This document shows, piece after piece, positions 10,796-19,601 of a stretch of 64,000 nt of DNA. Under the pieces are notes generated by a model. That model was given only the letters and a program-made list of their open reading frames with translations, ran no database searches and was not told the DNA's origin. The stretch is from an uncultured Armatimonadetes bacterium (GTDB lineage: Bacteria > Armatimonadota > UBA5829 > DTJY01): positions 2,272,001-2,336,000 of the forward strand of contig OY970325.1 in the NCBI GenBank assembly GCA_963717145.1, read 5' to 3'. The position numbers were made by a program, and so were the translations under genes. Every line of letters begins with the position of its first letter. The first letter of the stretch is position 1.

Positions 10796-11950
10796 TTACC
10801 AGTTATAACATGAATCGGCTCTTATCCAGGACTCTGAATCCGAAGATCTGACCGCCGCGTCCAAAACCTCCTGAACCTTCAGTCCATCATAGATGCTGGG
10901 GGACGACTGCCGATCGTTGGCGACATTGTCCACGAAGTCGTGGATGCTGGCGATATGATAGCGCATCCAGCCGACGGTGAGCTTCGGGCCGGGAAGAGCC
11001 GCCGGTTTGGGGTACTGATGGGCGCACTCGATCCGCTTGAATCCCCTGTCGCCACCGTATGCCCCGCCCTGCAGAGTGGCGTCATAGAAGTCGAGCCAGT
11101 TGGGATCCATCGAATTGAAGCGAAACGCGCCCTTTTCGCCATGCGCCTCGAACCGGATCTCGTCCATGGCGCCGGTGGATAGCCGGGATGCCTCCACTGT
11201 GCCGACGGCGCCTGATTCGAGCCGAGCCTGCATCCAGAAGACGTCATCGACCTCGACGGGCGCACGCTCGGACGCTCCGGCGCTGACGGGGCGCTCCTTA
11301 ACAAAGGTTTCCATCGTGGAGAAGACCGACTCGAAGTCGCCGAGCAGGTAGCGAACCAGGTCGATCACGTGCGAGCCCAGGTCGAATGCCGCTCCTCCGC
11401 CTCCCCTGGCCTTGTCGAGCCGCCAGGACATCGGCCGGTCGGGATCGATATAGCTGGAATGCAAGTAGGCGACGCGGAACTGGAATATTCGGCCGAGCGC
11501 TCCCGATTCCATAAGCTGTTTGGCGCGCAGAATGGCGGGGATGAACCGGTAGTTGAAGGTCATCTGATGGATCGTGGGCGCATCCTTCGCGACCTCCCAT
11601 ATCTCGCGCGCTTCCCTGAGGTTGAGACAGAGCGGCTTGTCGCAGTAGACGTGCTTGCCGGCCTTCAGGGCATCGATCACCTGGTCGTGGTGCAGGTGGT
11701 TCGGCGTGCAGATATCGATGAGGTGAATGTCGTCCCTCGCCAGGAGGTCGTGGTAGTCGCGGGTGGCGAACTCGTAGCCGGCCTGGTCGATCGCCTTGCG
11801 GCCGCTCTCCTCGGAGGCAGTGGCTACTCCGACGAGCCTGATCTTCGCGGGGGGTGGATCGTAGATCATGGGCAGGCTCTGGTACGAGTAGGTGTGTACC
11901 TTGCCCATGAAGCCGTAGCCGATCATTCCAACGCCGAGTTCACCGTTCAC
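10796..11950 (-). CDS. Gfo/Idh/MocA family oxidoreductase
   Basis: GMIGYGFMG, ICTPNHLH, HVYCDKP, DLGSHVID. Confidence 0.92.
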   Translation of the reverse strand: MNGELGVGMIGYGFMGKVHTYSYQSLPMIYDPPPAKIRLVGVATASEESGRKAIDQAGYEFATRDYHDLLARDDIHLIDICTPNHLHHDQVIDALKAGKHVYCDKPLCLNLREAREIWEVAKDAPTIHQMTFNYRFIPAILRAKQLMESGALGRIFQFRVAYLHSSYIDPDRPMSWRLDKARGGGGAAFDLGSHVIDLVRYLLGDFESVFSTMETFVKERPVSAGASERAPVEVDDVFWMQARLESGAVGTVEASRLSTGAMDEIRFEAHGEKGAFRFNSMDPNWLDFYDATLQGGAYGGDRGFKRIECAHQYPKPAALPGPKLTVGWMRYHIASIHDFVDNVANDRQSSPSIYDGLKVQEVLDAAVRSSDSESWIRADSCYNW

Positions 11951-11960
11951 TGTTCACCGT

Positions 11961-12392
11961 TCACTTGAACTTCACCGGGATGCGCACGAGGTCGATCACC
12001 GAGCCGTCCTTCGCCGAGTGGGTAAACACCTCGACGAATCCCTTATCGACGCCGACCGGCTTCGTGAAGCTCATCTTGGCGTCGAATGTCCCGAATGCCG
12101 GCGCGCCCTCGGAGGTCATGAAAAACGTCTTTCCCAGTTCTTTGTCGTCTTCCGATACGACCCGTGCGTTCATCGCCGCCTCGAAGACCCGTGCGCGGCC
12201 TTTGAGGGTGACCGGACTCGTGATCTCCGTGTCGGGCCGGGGCTCCGTGACTATGACGTTGCCGGACTTCGACGTCGACTCGATTGGCTTCGACTCGATC
12301 GTCGTCGTCTCCTCTTTCTTCGGGCAGCCGGTGAGAAGTACGAGGCACAGCACGGCGGCGACCACTGCGAGGTAGCAGGTTCTTGTTCTCAT
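11961..12392 (-). CDS. Lipoprotein with Gmad2 immunoglobulin-like domain
   Basis: Lipobox LLTGC; ITSPVTLKGRARVFEA...SAKDGS motif. Confidence 0.75.
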   Translation of the reverse strand: MRTRTCYLAVVAAVLCLVLLTGCPKKEETTTIESKPIESTSKSGNVIVTEPRPDTEITSPVTLKGRARVFEAAMNARVVSEDDKELGKTFFMTSEGAPAFGTFDAKMSFTKPVGVDKGFVEVFTHSAKDGSVIDLVRIPVKFK

Positions 12393-12432
12393 CTCAGGAC
12401 ACCTCCAACAGCGTTGTACCGCCACACACTTG

Positions 12433-12519
12433 CCAGGAAACCTCCGTAGGGGCGATCCTTCAACGGTCGCCCGTCCGGCGGGCGACCGTTGAAGGATCGC
12501 CCCTACGGAGGTTTCCTGG
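12433..12519. repeat. GTAG-type REP doublet (inverted pair)
   Basis: GTAGGGGCGATCCTTCAACGGTCGCCC plus its reverse complement, with extended arms. Confidence 0.9.
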
Positions 12520-12520
12520 G

Positions 12521-15500
12521 TCACACGTCGCTCAGCTTGACCGAGACCAGCTTCGAGACACCCGGTTCCTGCATCGTCACGCCATAAAGTATGTCCGCCG
12601 CTTCCATGGTCGCCTTGTTGTGCGTGATGACGATCATCTGCGAGCGCTCGGCGAACTCCTTGATCACATCAGCAAATCGTTCGACATTCGCCTCGTCCAA
12701 AGGCGCATCCACCTCATCGAGCAGGCAGAATGGGCTCGGACGGATCGCCAGCAGCGCGAACATCAATGCGGAGGCGGTCAGCGCCCTCTCGCCGCCGGAG
12801 AGGAGATCGAGGTTCTGCTTCTTCTTGTTCGGAAGCTGCACGGTGACATCGATGCCGGACTCCAGGACGTCATTGGGATCGGTCAGAGTCAGCTCGGTCG
12901 TGCCGCCACCGAACATCCGCTGGAACATGACGTTGAAGGCATCCCCGACCTTGTCGAAGGTCTCCATAAAGATGCCGCGCGTGCTCTCATCGATCTCACG
13001 AATGGCGTCGGCGAGCTTCTGCTTGGCATCGAGCAAGTCCTGACGCTGTACGCTCAGAAACTCGAAGCGCTCCGTAAGCCGGGCATACTCCTGCACCGCG
13101 CCGGTATTGACTTCACCCATCGACTTGATCTCACGGCGGAGTCTCATCACCTCGGTCGCCGATCCGTGTGTGACCTCAGGCGGCTGGCGATGGAGCGCAT
13201 CGTCGGCGGTGATATCGTATTCGTCGAGCAGGCGCGCGGTGGCTTGAGCAATCTGGACATCCAGCCGTGCCTCGCGCAGTTCCGCCGCGTGGATCTTCTG
13301 CACCAGTCCCTCGCGGTTTCGGGCGATCTCCTTCACTCGCTGGCCGACGTCCATGCTGGAGTCGAGCACGGCCTTCTTGGTCTTCCGCCACTGATCCGCC
13401 AACGTGCCGGTCTCGTCGCAGCAGTTGTGCATCTGCTCCAGGGACGATTCGAGTTCGACTCGCTCCTTCTCCGTCGATTCCATCTCCTGCTCGACGTTCC
13501 CGATGCGCTCTCGCTTGCGGTAGATCTCCTGGGTCAGATCCTTGATCGAGTCGTCGGACGTATCGAGCGTCTGCTCGATGGAGAGCCGCTTCTGAGTGAG
13601 AGTCGCCTGGACGACGTTGATCCGGCTGATCTCGGCGTTGGCAGCGTCGTATTGCTCCTCCAGCCGTCGGATCTCCTGCTGCTCGCTCGCCATGACATCA
13701 TCGAGGCTGACGTTCTCTTTGTCGGCGGACTCGACCGCGGACCTGAGTTGCGCCTCGGTCTCGCGGGTCTTGCATAGGTTGTTCTCGATGTCGTCGCGTT
13801 CGATGGTGATGGTCTCGAACTCCCCGGTGAGCCGTTTCGACTCGCGGTCGGCGAAGTCGAGTCGGCGCTCGGCCTCCAGAAGCCGCATCTTGAGGCGGGT
13901 GTCCTCTTCATCGAGAGCGGCATGCTTCACATCGAGGGTCTCGCACGCCTTGCGCAGGGATTCGAGGCTCTTCGCGAGGTCGGCGGCTTTGCTCTGGTGA
14001 TCCTTGACCTGGGATTCGAGGCGACCGATCTCCTGCTTTCGGCCGAGGAGGTGGACTCCCTTCCCGGGCGCGGCGCCTCCGGTCATCGCGCCACTCGGTG
14101 AGACGACTTCGCCGTCGAGCGTCACGATCTTCCCCCACCCGATCGCCGCTTTCGACGCCGTGAGGGCCGAGTCGATATCCTTCGCTACGAGGACCTTCGC
14201 CAGGAGGGCGTCGATCGCCGGGCGGTACTTCGAGTCGAACTTGACGAGTTCGTTGCCGAGCCCGAGGACGCCGTTCTTCCCGACCAACTCCTTCAGGTGC
14301 GGGGAGACGCTGTGGCGCATGAGGTTGAGCGGCAGGAAGGTCGCGCGCCCGGCCCTGTTTCGCTTCAGGAACTCGATGCCGGCCTTGGCCTCGCGCTCGG
14401 AATCGGTGATGATGTCCTGGAGGCTGCCCCCGAGCGCGACCTCGAACGCGGTCTCGTAGCCCGAGGGGACCTCGATCACATCGGCGACGACGGCGTAGTG
14501 CCCCTTGATCTCGCCCGACTTCGCGGCGGCCATCGCCGACCGGACACCCTGGAAATATCCCTCGCGCGCTTCCTCCATCTCGTGGAGCGTGCGCAGCCGG
14601 GACTGCTTCTCGACAAGCGTGCGGTTGATCTGGGCGAACTCATCAGTAAACTCGGCGAGTTCCCTGCGCTTCAACTCGGTCTCCGCGCGGATCGATGTTA
14701 TCTCGGCGGCAGTCGTCTCGGCTTTCCCGCGAGTCTCCTCCTGGTCGGCGGCGATCTTCTCGCGCTCGGAGGTCGCTTGAGAGAGCGCGGTCTCAGCCTC
14801 CTTGACCTCCCCTACGCGCTTGGAGAGGAGAAGTTGCAGGTTTTCGATCCGGCCGGCGCTGTTGACAAGCTCGTTCCGCTGGGCGGCGAGCTGCTTGGCC
14901 AGCTCGATGTAATCCGTCTTGTGGTCGTCGATCGCCTTCGAGGCTTCGTCGATCTTGCGCTGGAGGCCCTCAAGCTCAACGGTCTTCGCCGCGAGTTGTT
15001 CTGTGAGACTCGCCTCCTGCCCGATGACATCGAGGTCCTCCGCCGAGAGGTTGACCTTCTGCTCCTCGGCCTGGATGATGCGCGCCCCGAGCTGCTCGAT
15101 CTCCTGGTTGAGCAACCCGTGAGCATTCACGGCGGCGGTGTGCCGCTGTTTCGCGAGCGCGAGTTGGCTCTCGGTCCGTTCGAGGCGGGTTAGCGACTCC
15201 TGGTGCATCGCCTGGTAGCGCTCCACCTGGGCGTCGGCGTTGGCGAGATCGACCGCGAGGGCCGACTTCTCCTCCTCCAGGGCCGCGAGGAGCGCGTCCG
15301 CGTCGGTGACTTCCTTGTCGTTCTCGGCGTTCTCGTAACGCGCGTGCTCGATCTCGGCCGAGAAACGCTGGAGGTCGTTCACCAGGATGCCGATCTCGAT
15401 CTCGCTCAATCTGGAGGTCAGCTCGAGGTAACGCGCGGCGACCTCGGCCTGCTCCCTCATCGGCTCGATCTCGGTCTCGATCTCGTTGACGATGTCGTTC

Positions 15501-16072
15501 ACGCGGTTGAGGTTCTGCTCGGTGGATTCGAGCTTGCGGACTGCCTCCCGCTTGCGGACCCGGTACTTCTTGATCCCGGCGGCCTCGTCGAAGAGCGCGC
15601 GGCGGTCCTCCGGGTTGGCGGAGAGCATCGCGTCGATCTCGCCCTGGCTGACGATCGAGTACGCGCCCCGACCTACGCCGGTGTCGAGGAACAGCTCATA
15701 GATATCCTTCAGGCGGCAGGCGGTCTTGTTGATGAAGAACTCGCTCTCGCCGCTTCGGAACGCGCGCCGGGTGACGGTGACTTCGGCGAAATTGATGGGG
15801 AGCTTGCCGCTGGTGTTGTCGACTGTGAGGGAGACCTCGGCCATCCCGACCGCGCGGCGCTTGTCGGTGCCGTTGAAGATGACGTCCTGGGCCTTCTCGC
15901 CGCGGATGTTGCGGACGTTCTGCTCGCCGAGTACCCAGAGGAGGGCGTCGGAGATGTTGCTCTTGCCGCTCCCGTTCGGACCGACAACGGCGATGACGCC
16001 GGGCGAGAAGCTTACTTCGGTGCGCTCTGCGAAGCTCTTGAAACCCTGAATTTCCAGCTTTTTGAGGATCAT
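12521..16072 (-). CDS. smc: Chromosome segregation protein SMC
   Basis: GFKSFA, GPNGSGKSN, coiled coils, hinge GRATFLPL, LSGGE, LDEVDAPLD. Confidence 0.98.
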   Translation of the reverse strand: MILKKLEIQGFKSFAERTEVSFSPGVIAVVGPNGSGKSNISDALLWVLGEQNVRNIRGEKAQDVIFNGTDKRRAVGMAEVSLTVDNTSGKLPINFAEVTVTRRAFRSGESEFFINKTACRLKDIYELFLDTGVGRGAYSIVSQGEIDAMLSANPEDRRALFDEAAGIKKYRVRKREAVRKLESTEQNLNRVNDIVNEIETEIEPMREQAEVAARYLELTSRLSEIEIGILVNDLQRFSAEIEHARYENAENDKEVTDADALLAALEEEKSALAVDLANADAQVERYQAMHQESLTRLERTESQLALAKQRHTAAVNAHGLLNQEIEQLGARIIQAEEQKVNLSAEDLDVIGQEASLTEQLAAKTVELEGLQRKIDEASKAIDDHKTDYIELAKQLAAQRNELVNSAGRIENLQLLLSKRVGEVKEAETALSQATSEREKIAADQEETRGKAETTAAEITSIRAETELKRRELAEFTDEFAQINRTLVEKQSRLRTLHEMEEAREGYFQGVRSAMAAAKSGEIKGHYAVVADVIEVPSGYETAFEVALGGSLQDIITDSEREAKAGIEFLKRNRAGRATFLPLNLMRHSVSPHLKELVGKNGVLGLGNELVKFDSKYRPAIDALLAKVLVAKDIDSALTASKAAIGWGKIVTLDGEVVSPSGAMTGGAAPGKGVHLLGRKQEIGRLESQVKDHQSKAADLAKSLESLRKACETLDVKHAALDEEDTRLKMRLLEAERRLDFADRESKRLTGEFETITIERDDIENNLCKTRETEAQLRSAVESADKENVSLDDVMASEQQEIRRLEEQYDAANAEISRINVVQATLTQKRLSIEQTLDTSDDSIKDLTQEIYRKRERIGNVEQEMESTEKERVELESSLEQMHNCCDETGTLADQWRKTKKAVLDSSMDVGQRVKEIARNREGLVQKIHAAELREARLDVQIAQATARLLDEYDITADDALHRQPPEVTHGSATEVMRLRREIKSMGEVNTGAVQEYARLTERFEFLSVQRQDLLDAKQKLADAIREIDESTRGIFMETFDKVGDAFNVMFQRMFGGGTTELTLTDPNDVLESGIDVTVQLPNKKKQNLDLLSGGERALTASALMFALLAIRPSPFCLLDEVDAPLDEANVERFADVIKEFAERSQMIVITHNKATMEAADILYGVTMQEPGVSKLVSVKLSDV

Positions 16073-16267
16073 ATCGGGAATTCGCCGGTGTGAAATAAGG
16101 GATAGGGAAAGGCGCAGGTCGCCCGCTCAAACGTTACCACACGCCGGGAGCCAGTGTCAATCCTAGTTAGGGAGGAGTTTCCAGAGGTACCCTGTTGTAC
16201 GGCCGAATGAAGAAGCATGCCCAAGACTGCTCAATGGGCGAGCAACATGGTCTGTGCTCGATCGCAC

Positions 16268-17485
16268 TTAACCGTGCATGGAGAGCTGACGCTTGACCCA
16301 CTCTGCCTTCTTACCGAAGGCCTCGTGCCCTTTTATGATCTGGCAATGGGCGACCATCGCGCGGGACTCAGGCGCGGGCTCGGAGATCTTCATGATCCTG
16401 GCACGGACGTCATCGTCATCGAGAGGAAGCCCATTGAGACGAAGGAGCTTCAGGATTCTGCCGCGAGCTACGTTGTCTTCTGTAGCAATCGTGAAGGCAA
16501 TACCACCACGGCTCAGATCCAACACGTCAGTTTCTCGCCCCCTTCTAGATGACAATCTCTCGGCTCGTTGAAAATCGACAGTCACAGATTGATCGCCAGG
16601 GATGACGTAGCGCGGTTCCCGTCTCGGCGGGTGCAGCGTGACACTGCCGACTGAACAGACCAACAACTTCTCTCCAAAAAGTACTGGGACAACGTCCGTC
16701 ACGTCCGCCGTCAGATAGACCGGTATTCCCTTGCGCGAAGCCCATGCTAAGCACAGATGCTCTTGACCCCCGGCAACACAAGGATGGTAGCCCGGTGGTG
16801 GGTGGCCGTGGGAGACGATTGATCGCATGGCCCGTACCGAGTCCTCGTGTTCGTCTGCAGTTCTGCCCTTCAACTCACTAAGCTCCGAAGCGTCCCTTTC
16901 GAGAGCTTCCACAAGTCTGCTTCTGAGTTTCGGGTCCTCCTTGAGCTTCCGAGCCAAGGAACAAGGTTGCCCGTCACCGTAGTAACAAGGTTGGTTTCCA
17001 GTGTGATTGCCCGGCACTCGCTCCAATATCACAAGTTGGTCCACAAGCCTCTTAATGTACGCAAAAATGCTGTTGACGGCATCATCCAAAGCCGCATTGA
17101 CATTAGCGCTGCTAACTCTTGGATTACGCGCCTCAATCAGCCTGCGCACGCGTCTACTGATAGCATTATATAGCCTATTGTCATCCTCAGACACAGACAG
17201 AGAGCCCTCTCGGGATCTGGTCCTGATCCCGTCGAATCTCGACTGTAGCACATCGTGTTTGGTGTTCAGATACTGATGCAAAGCAATCTTCGCACAACTC
17301 AATGGGAATAGCTGCATGCTCGACAACTCTGACTGCCCGTTTCCTACGCCGAATCCCTCTCTCACTTGGGACCTGTCAGCCAGAGGAGCCAGCCCGCCGA
17401 GAAGTCCCGCAAAATCCACGACATAACCAACCGCCTCTTGCGCCGACTGTAAGTCTTCCTCCCGCTCCATCTTATCCTCCTGCAT
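16268..17485 (-). CDS. Hypothetical protein with C-terminal PilZ domain
   Basis: RREPR (RxxxR) and DLSRGG (DxSxGG) c-di-GMP-binding motifs. Confidence 0.7.
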   Translation of the reverse strand: MQEDKMEREEDLQSAQEAVGYVVDFAGLLGGLAPLADRSQVREGFGVGNGQSELSSMQLFPLSCAKIALHQYLNTKHDVLQSRFDGIRTRSREGSLSVSEDDNRLYNAISRRVRRLIEARNPRVSSANVNAALDDAVNSIFAYIKRLVDQLVILERVPGNHTGNQPCYYGDGQPCSLARKLKEDPKLRSRLVEALERDASELSELKGRTADEHEDSVRAMRSIVSHGHPPPGYHPCVAGGQEHLCLAWASRKGIPVYLTADVTDVVPVLFGEKLLVCSVGSVTLHPPRREPRYVIPGDQSVTVDFQRAERLSSRRGRETDVLDLSRGGIAFTIATEDNVARGRILKLLRLNGLPLDDDDVRARIMKISEPAPESRAMVAHCQIIKGHEAFGKKAEWVKRQLSMHG

Positions 17486-17505
17486 CGTCCACCACGAGTC
17501 GGGTA

Positions 17506-19176
17506 CTAGATGTCTGATATGTTCTGGTAGAGCGCCTTAAACGCCTGATTCACCGCAGTCTGGTCAACAAGGTCCGGCCACCGGTTGAACACCTCCGCAG
17601 TCTTAGCCAACGCAGTCCCGATCCCTTGGATACGGTCCTCCGGAAGTCCGGGGCCGGACAGAACCTGGTCGATGGTGCATGCTGCCAAACCACAGCGACC
17701 AGCTAGTTGCGCTGCGGCCTCGGCTAGGCTCTTCTCGTGGGCTGACGGTCGGCTGAGAAACTGACACATGCGCTGTATTATGGACCTCAAGTGCTGGCGT
17801 CGCGCTTCCTCGTTATGTCCCAGTTCTATGGCCTTACCCGCAGCCCAAATGGTATCTCTGAGATCGTTGGTATAGGCTGGAATACAGACTTGTCGAATAG
17901 CTTCAGTAGCTAGGTTCACGCTTTTCTCTAGTGTTTCCGCTGCCTTGCAGAGAAAACGATCTCGTGTTTCCATACGTTCAGGCTCATCGTCTGACCCATC
18001 ACAGGAAACATCATAGACTCCTGCGCTATCGCTGCTTCCGACTATCACACGGCAGTACCTGCTCGCCTGTCTTCCCATGGCCCTGCTCTCATCCCATCGT
18101 GAGTTAAGCTCGATGAGGTCACTGGAGAGTATCGCCCTCACTCGTCCGCTTCCCGACGCTACCATACCAGAGGCTGTGAGAGCGCTAATCTGCCGTTGCA
18201 GTCCCCCGCCGTCAAAACTTACGGCTGCGCGACTGACTGCAGAACCGAATCTCTTGCTGTACCAGCCGACGGGCGAAACAGAGCCTGCATCCCGACTTCC
18301 ATTTCGACCGAAGGCGAGTACCCCCACGTTCATCCAGACTCCGGCCTCCTCAGGCATGGCGATACGCTGCCAGTGTAACCACTGGCGTGCCACCAGATCG
18401 TACATTGAGCGGTCTGGGTCAGCATGTCTAACGAGGAGACGGTGCAACTGCTCAATCTGACTAGCAAGCTTCACCTCGTCCAAGCCCCGAAATCGCCCTA
18501 GTTGTGTCCTGAGTAGTTCGCAGATGGCTCCTGCCACGTCTAGCGTAAGAAGAGGGACATCGCCCAACAAGGAGAACCACCGCTTGAAGTCCATTCGGAG
18601 ACTGCTGCCAAGAGCCATTACATGAAGGAAGTCAATATGAGGCGGCGCGAACTGCCCCCCAACGAAAGTACCAATTGCATGCCCGTGTTTGTCGTAAAGA
18701 GGCAGTTGATAGTCTATAAGCCCCGCGTGGCACGTATATACGGCAGAGCCCGCATCGCGAACCATTGAAGCATGCCACGTATCGCAATCCCAGCAGCTAT
18801 CCGCACCCACGTCGTTCCAGCGCACACACTTGCAGAATGGGCTCAAATCCTCCCACTCACTTGCATGGAACTCTCTCGGAGCGTGACAACCAATGAACCC
18901 GCACGCTCCGCCACCGAGTGTTCTTGGCATCTCCTCGAAAGCGCTCAATACATTTCGGCGAGTCTTTCTCGGCAGCACGCTTTCAAAAAGTGAACTTTCA
19001 GCAATGAGTCCCTGCGGCCGTGCCGCGCAGCCACGGGCCGGCCTTGGGTGACCTCCATCCTCTTGTATCTTACCGATCTCCTCCTTGCTGTGCGCGATCA
19101 CCTCGCCTAACCCGCCTCTCTCCACTCGCATCGCTCTAACCCCCTCAGGTGATAGGTGTTCCGCCATAGGAGACAA
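17506..19176 (-). CDS. PocR sensor-domain protein, unknown C-terminus
   Basis: FCKCVR...C...YTCHAGLIDYQLPL...IGTFVGGQF; start codon uncertain. Confidence 0.72.
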   Translation of the reverse strand: MSPMAEHLSPEGVRAMRVERGGLGEVIAHSKEEIGKIQEDGGHPRPARGCAARPQGLIAESSLFESVLPRKTRRNVLSAFEEMPRTLGGGACGFIGCHAPREFHASEWEDLSPFCKCVRWNDVGADSCWDCDTWHASMVRDAGSAVYTCHAGLIDYQLPLYDKHGHAIGTFVGGQFAPPHIDFLHVMALGSSLRMDFKRWFSLLGDVPLLTLDVAGAICELLRTQLGRFRGLDEVKLASQIEQLHRLLVRHADPDRSMYDLVARQWLHWQRIAMPEEAGVWMNVGVLAFGRNGSRDAGSVSPVGWYSKRFGSAVSRAAVSFDGGGLQRQISALTASGMVASGSGRVRAILSSDLIELNSRWDESRAMGRQASRYCRVIVGSSDSAGVYDVSCDGSDDEPERMETRDRFLCKAAETLEKSVNLATEAIRQVCIPAYTNDLRDTIWAAGKAIELGHNEEARRQHLRSIIQRMCQFLSRPSAHEKSLAEAAAQLAGRCGLAACTIDQVLSGPGLPEDRIQGIGTALAKTAEVFNRWPDLVDQTAVNQAFKALYQNISDI

Positions 19177-19262
19177 CTCATGATTGGGCTGTTATCTGCG
19201 TTAGCCCCGAGATATACTGCCAGATTTGTTCAACGTATCCTTGGGCTGGCAATGGCAGCGCT

Positions 19263-19291
19263 AGTGTAACACGCCGCCTTGCGGACGTCAA
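19263..19291 (-). promoter_or_regulatory. sigma70-type promoter of the PocR gene
   Basis: TTGACG-17 bp-TACACT. Confidence 0.55.
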
Positions 19292-19601
19292 GTATCAGAT
19301 TGCCTGGCATCGAATTGTCTTGTTAGCTGCCCTGCAACCTACCATCTTGCACCAAGACCCCTAGTCTCCGACTGATACCCGGAATGGGGCAAAGGACGAA
19401 TGTGCATCCCTATGAGCTTGCACACCCTGTATATTACCCCAAGACCGCGATTTCCATCAAGTGCGTGTGAACTCGGTAGAGGCACGGTGTCTGCAATGTG
19501 GTCTCCGCTCTGCGCCGTTCCAGTCGCCGATGGTCCTTTCGGAGCGAGGAGAATGTTTTCAGCAGGGGCATGAGGCTGCGCGGGGCGTCAGATACACGCT
19601 C

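Noticed and set aside
16160-19600. Prophage or integrative element
   Set aside because: No integrase, tRNA, att repeats or phage genes seen.
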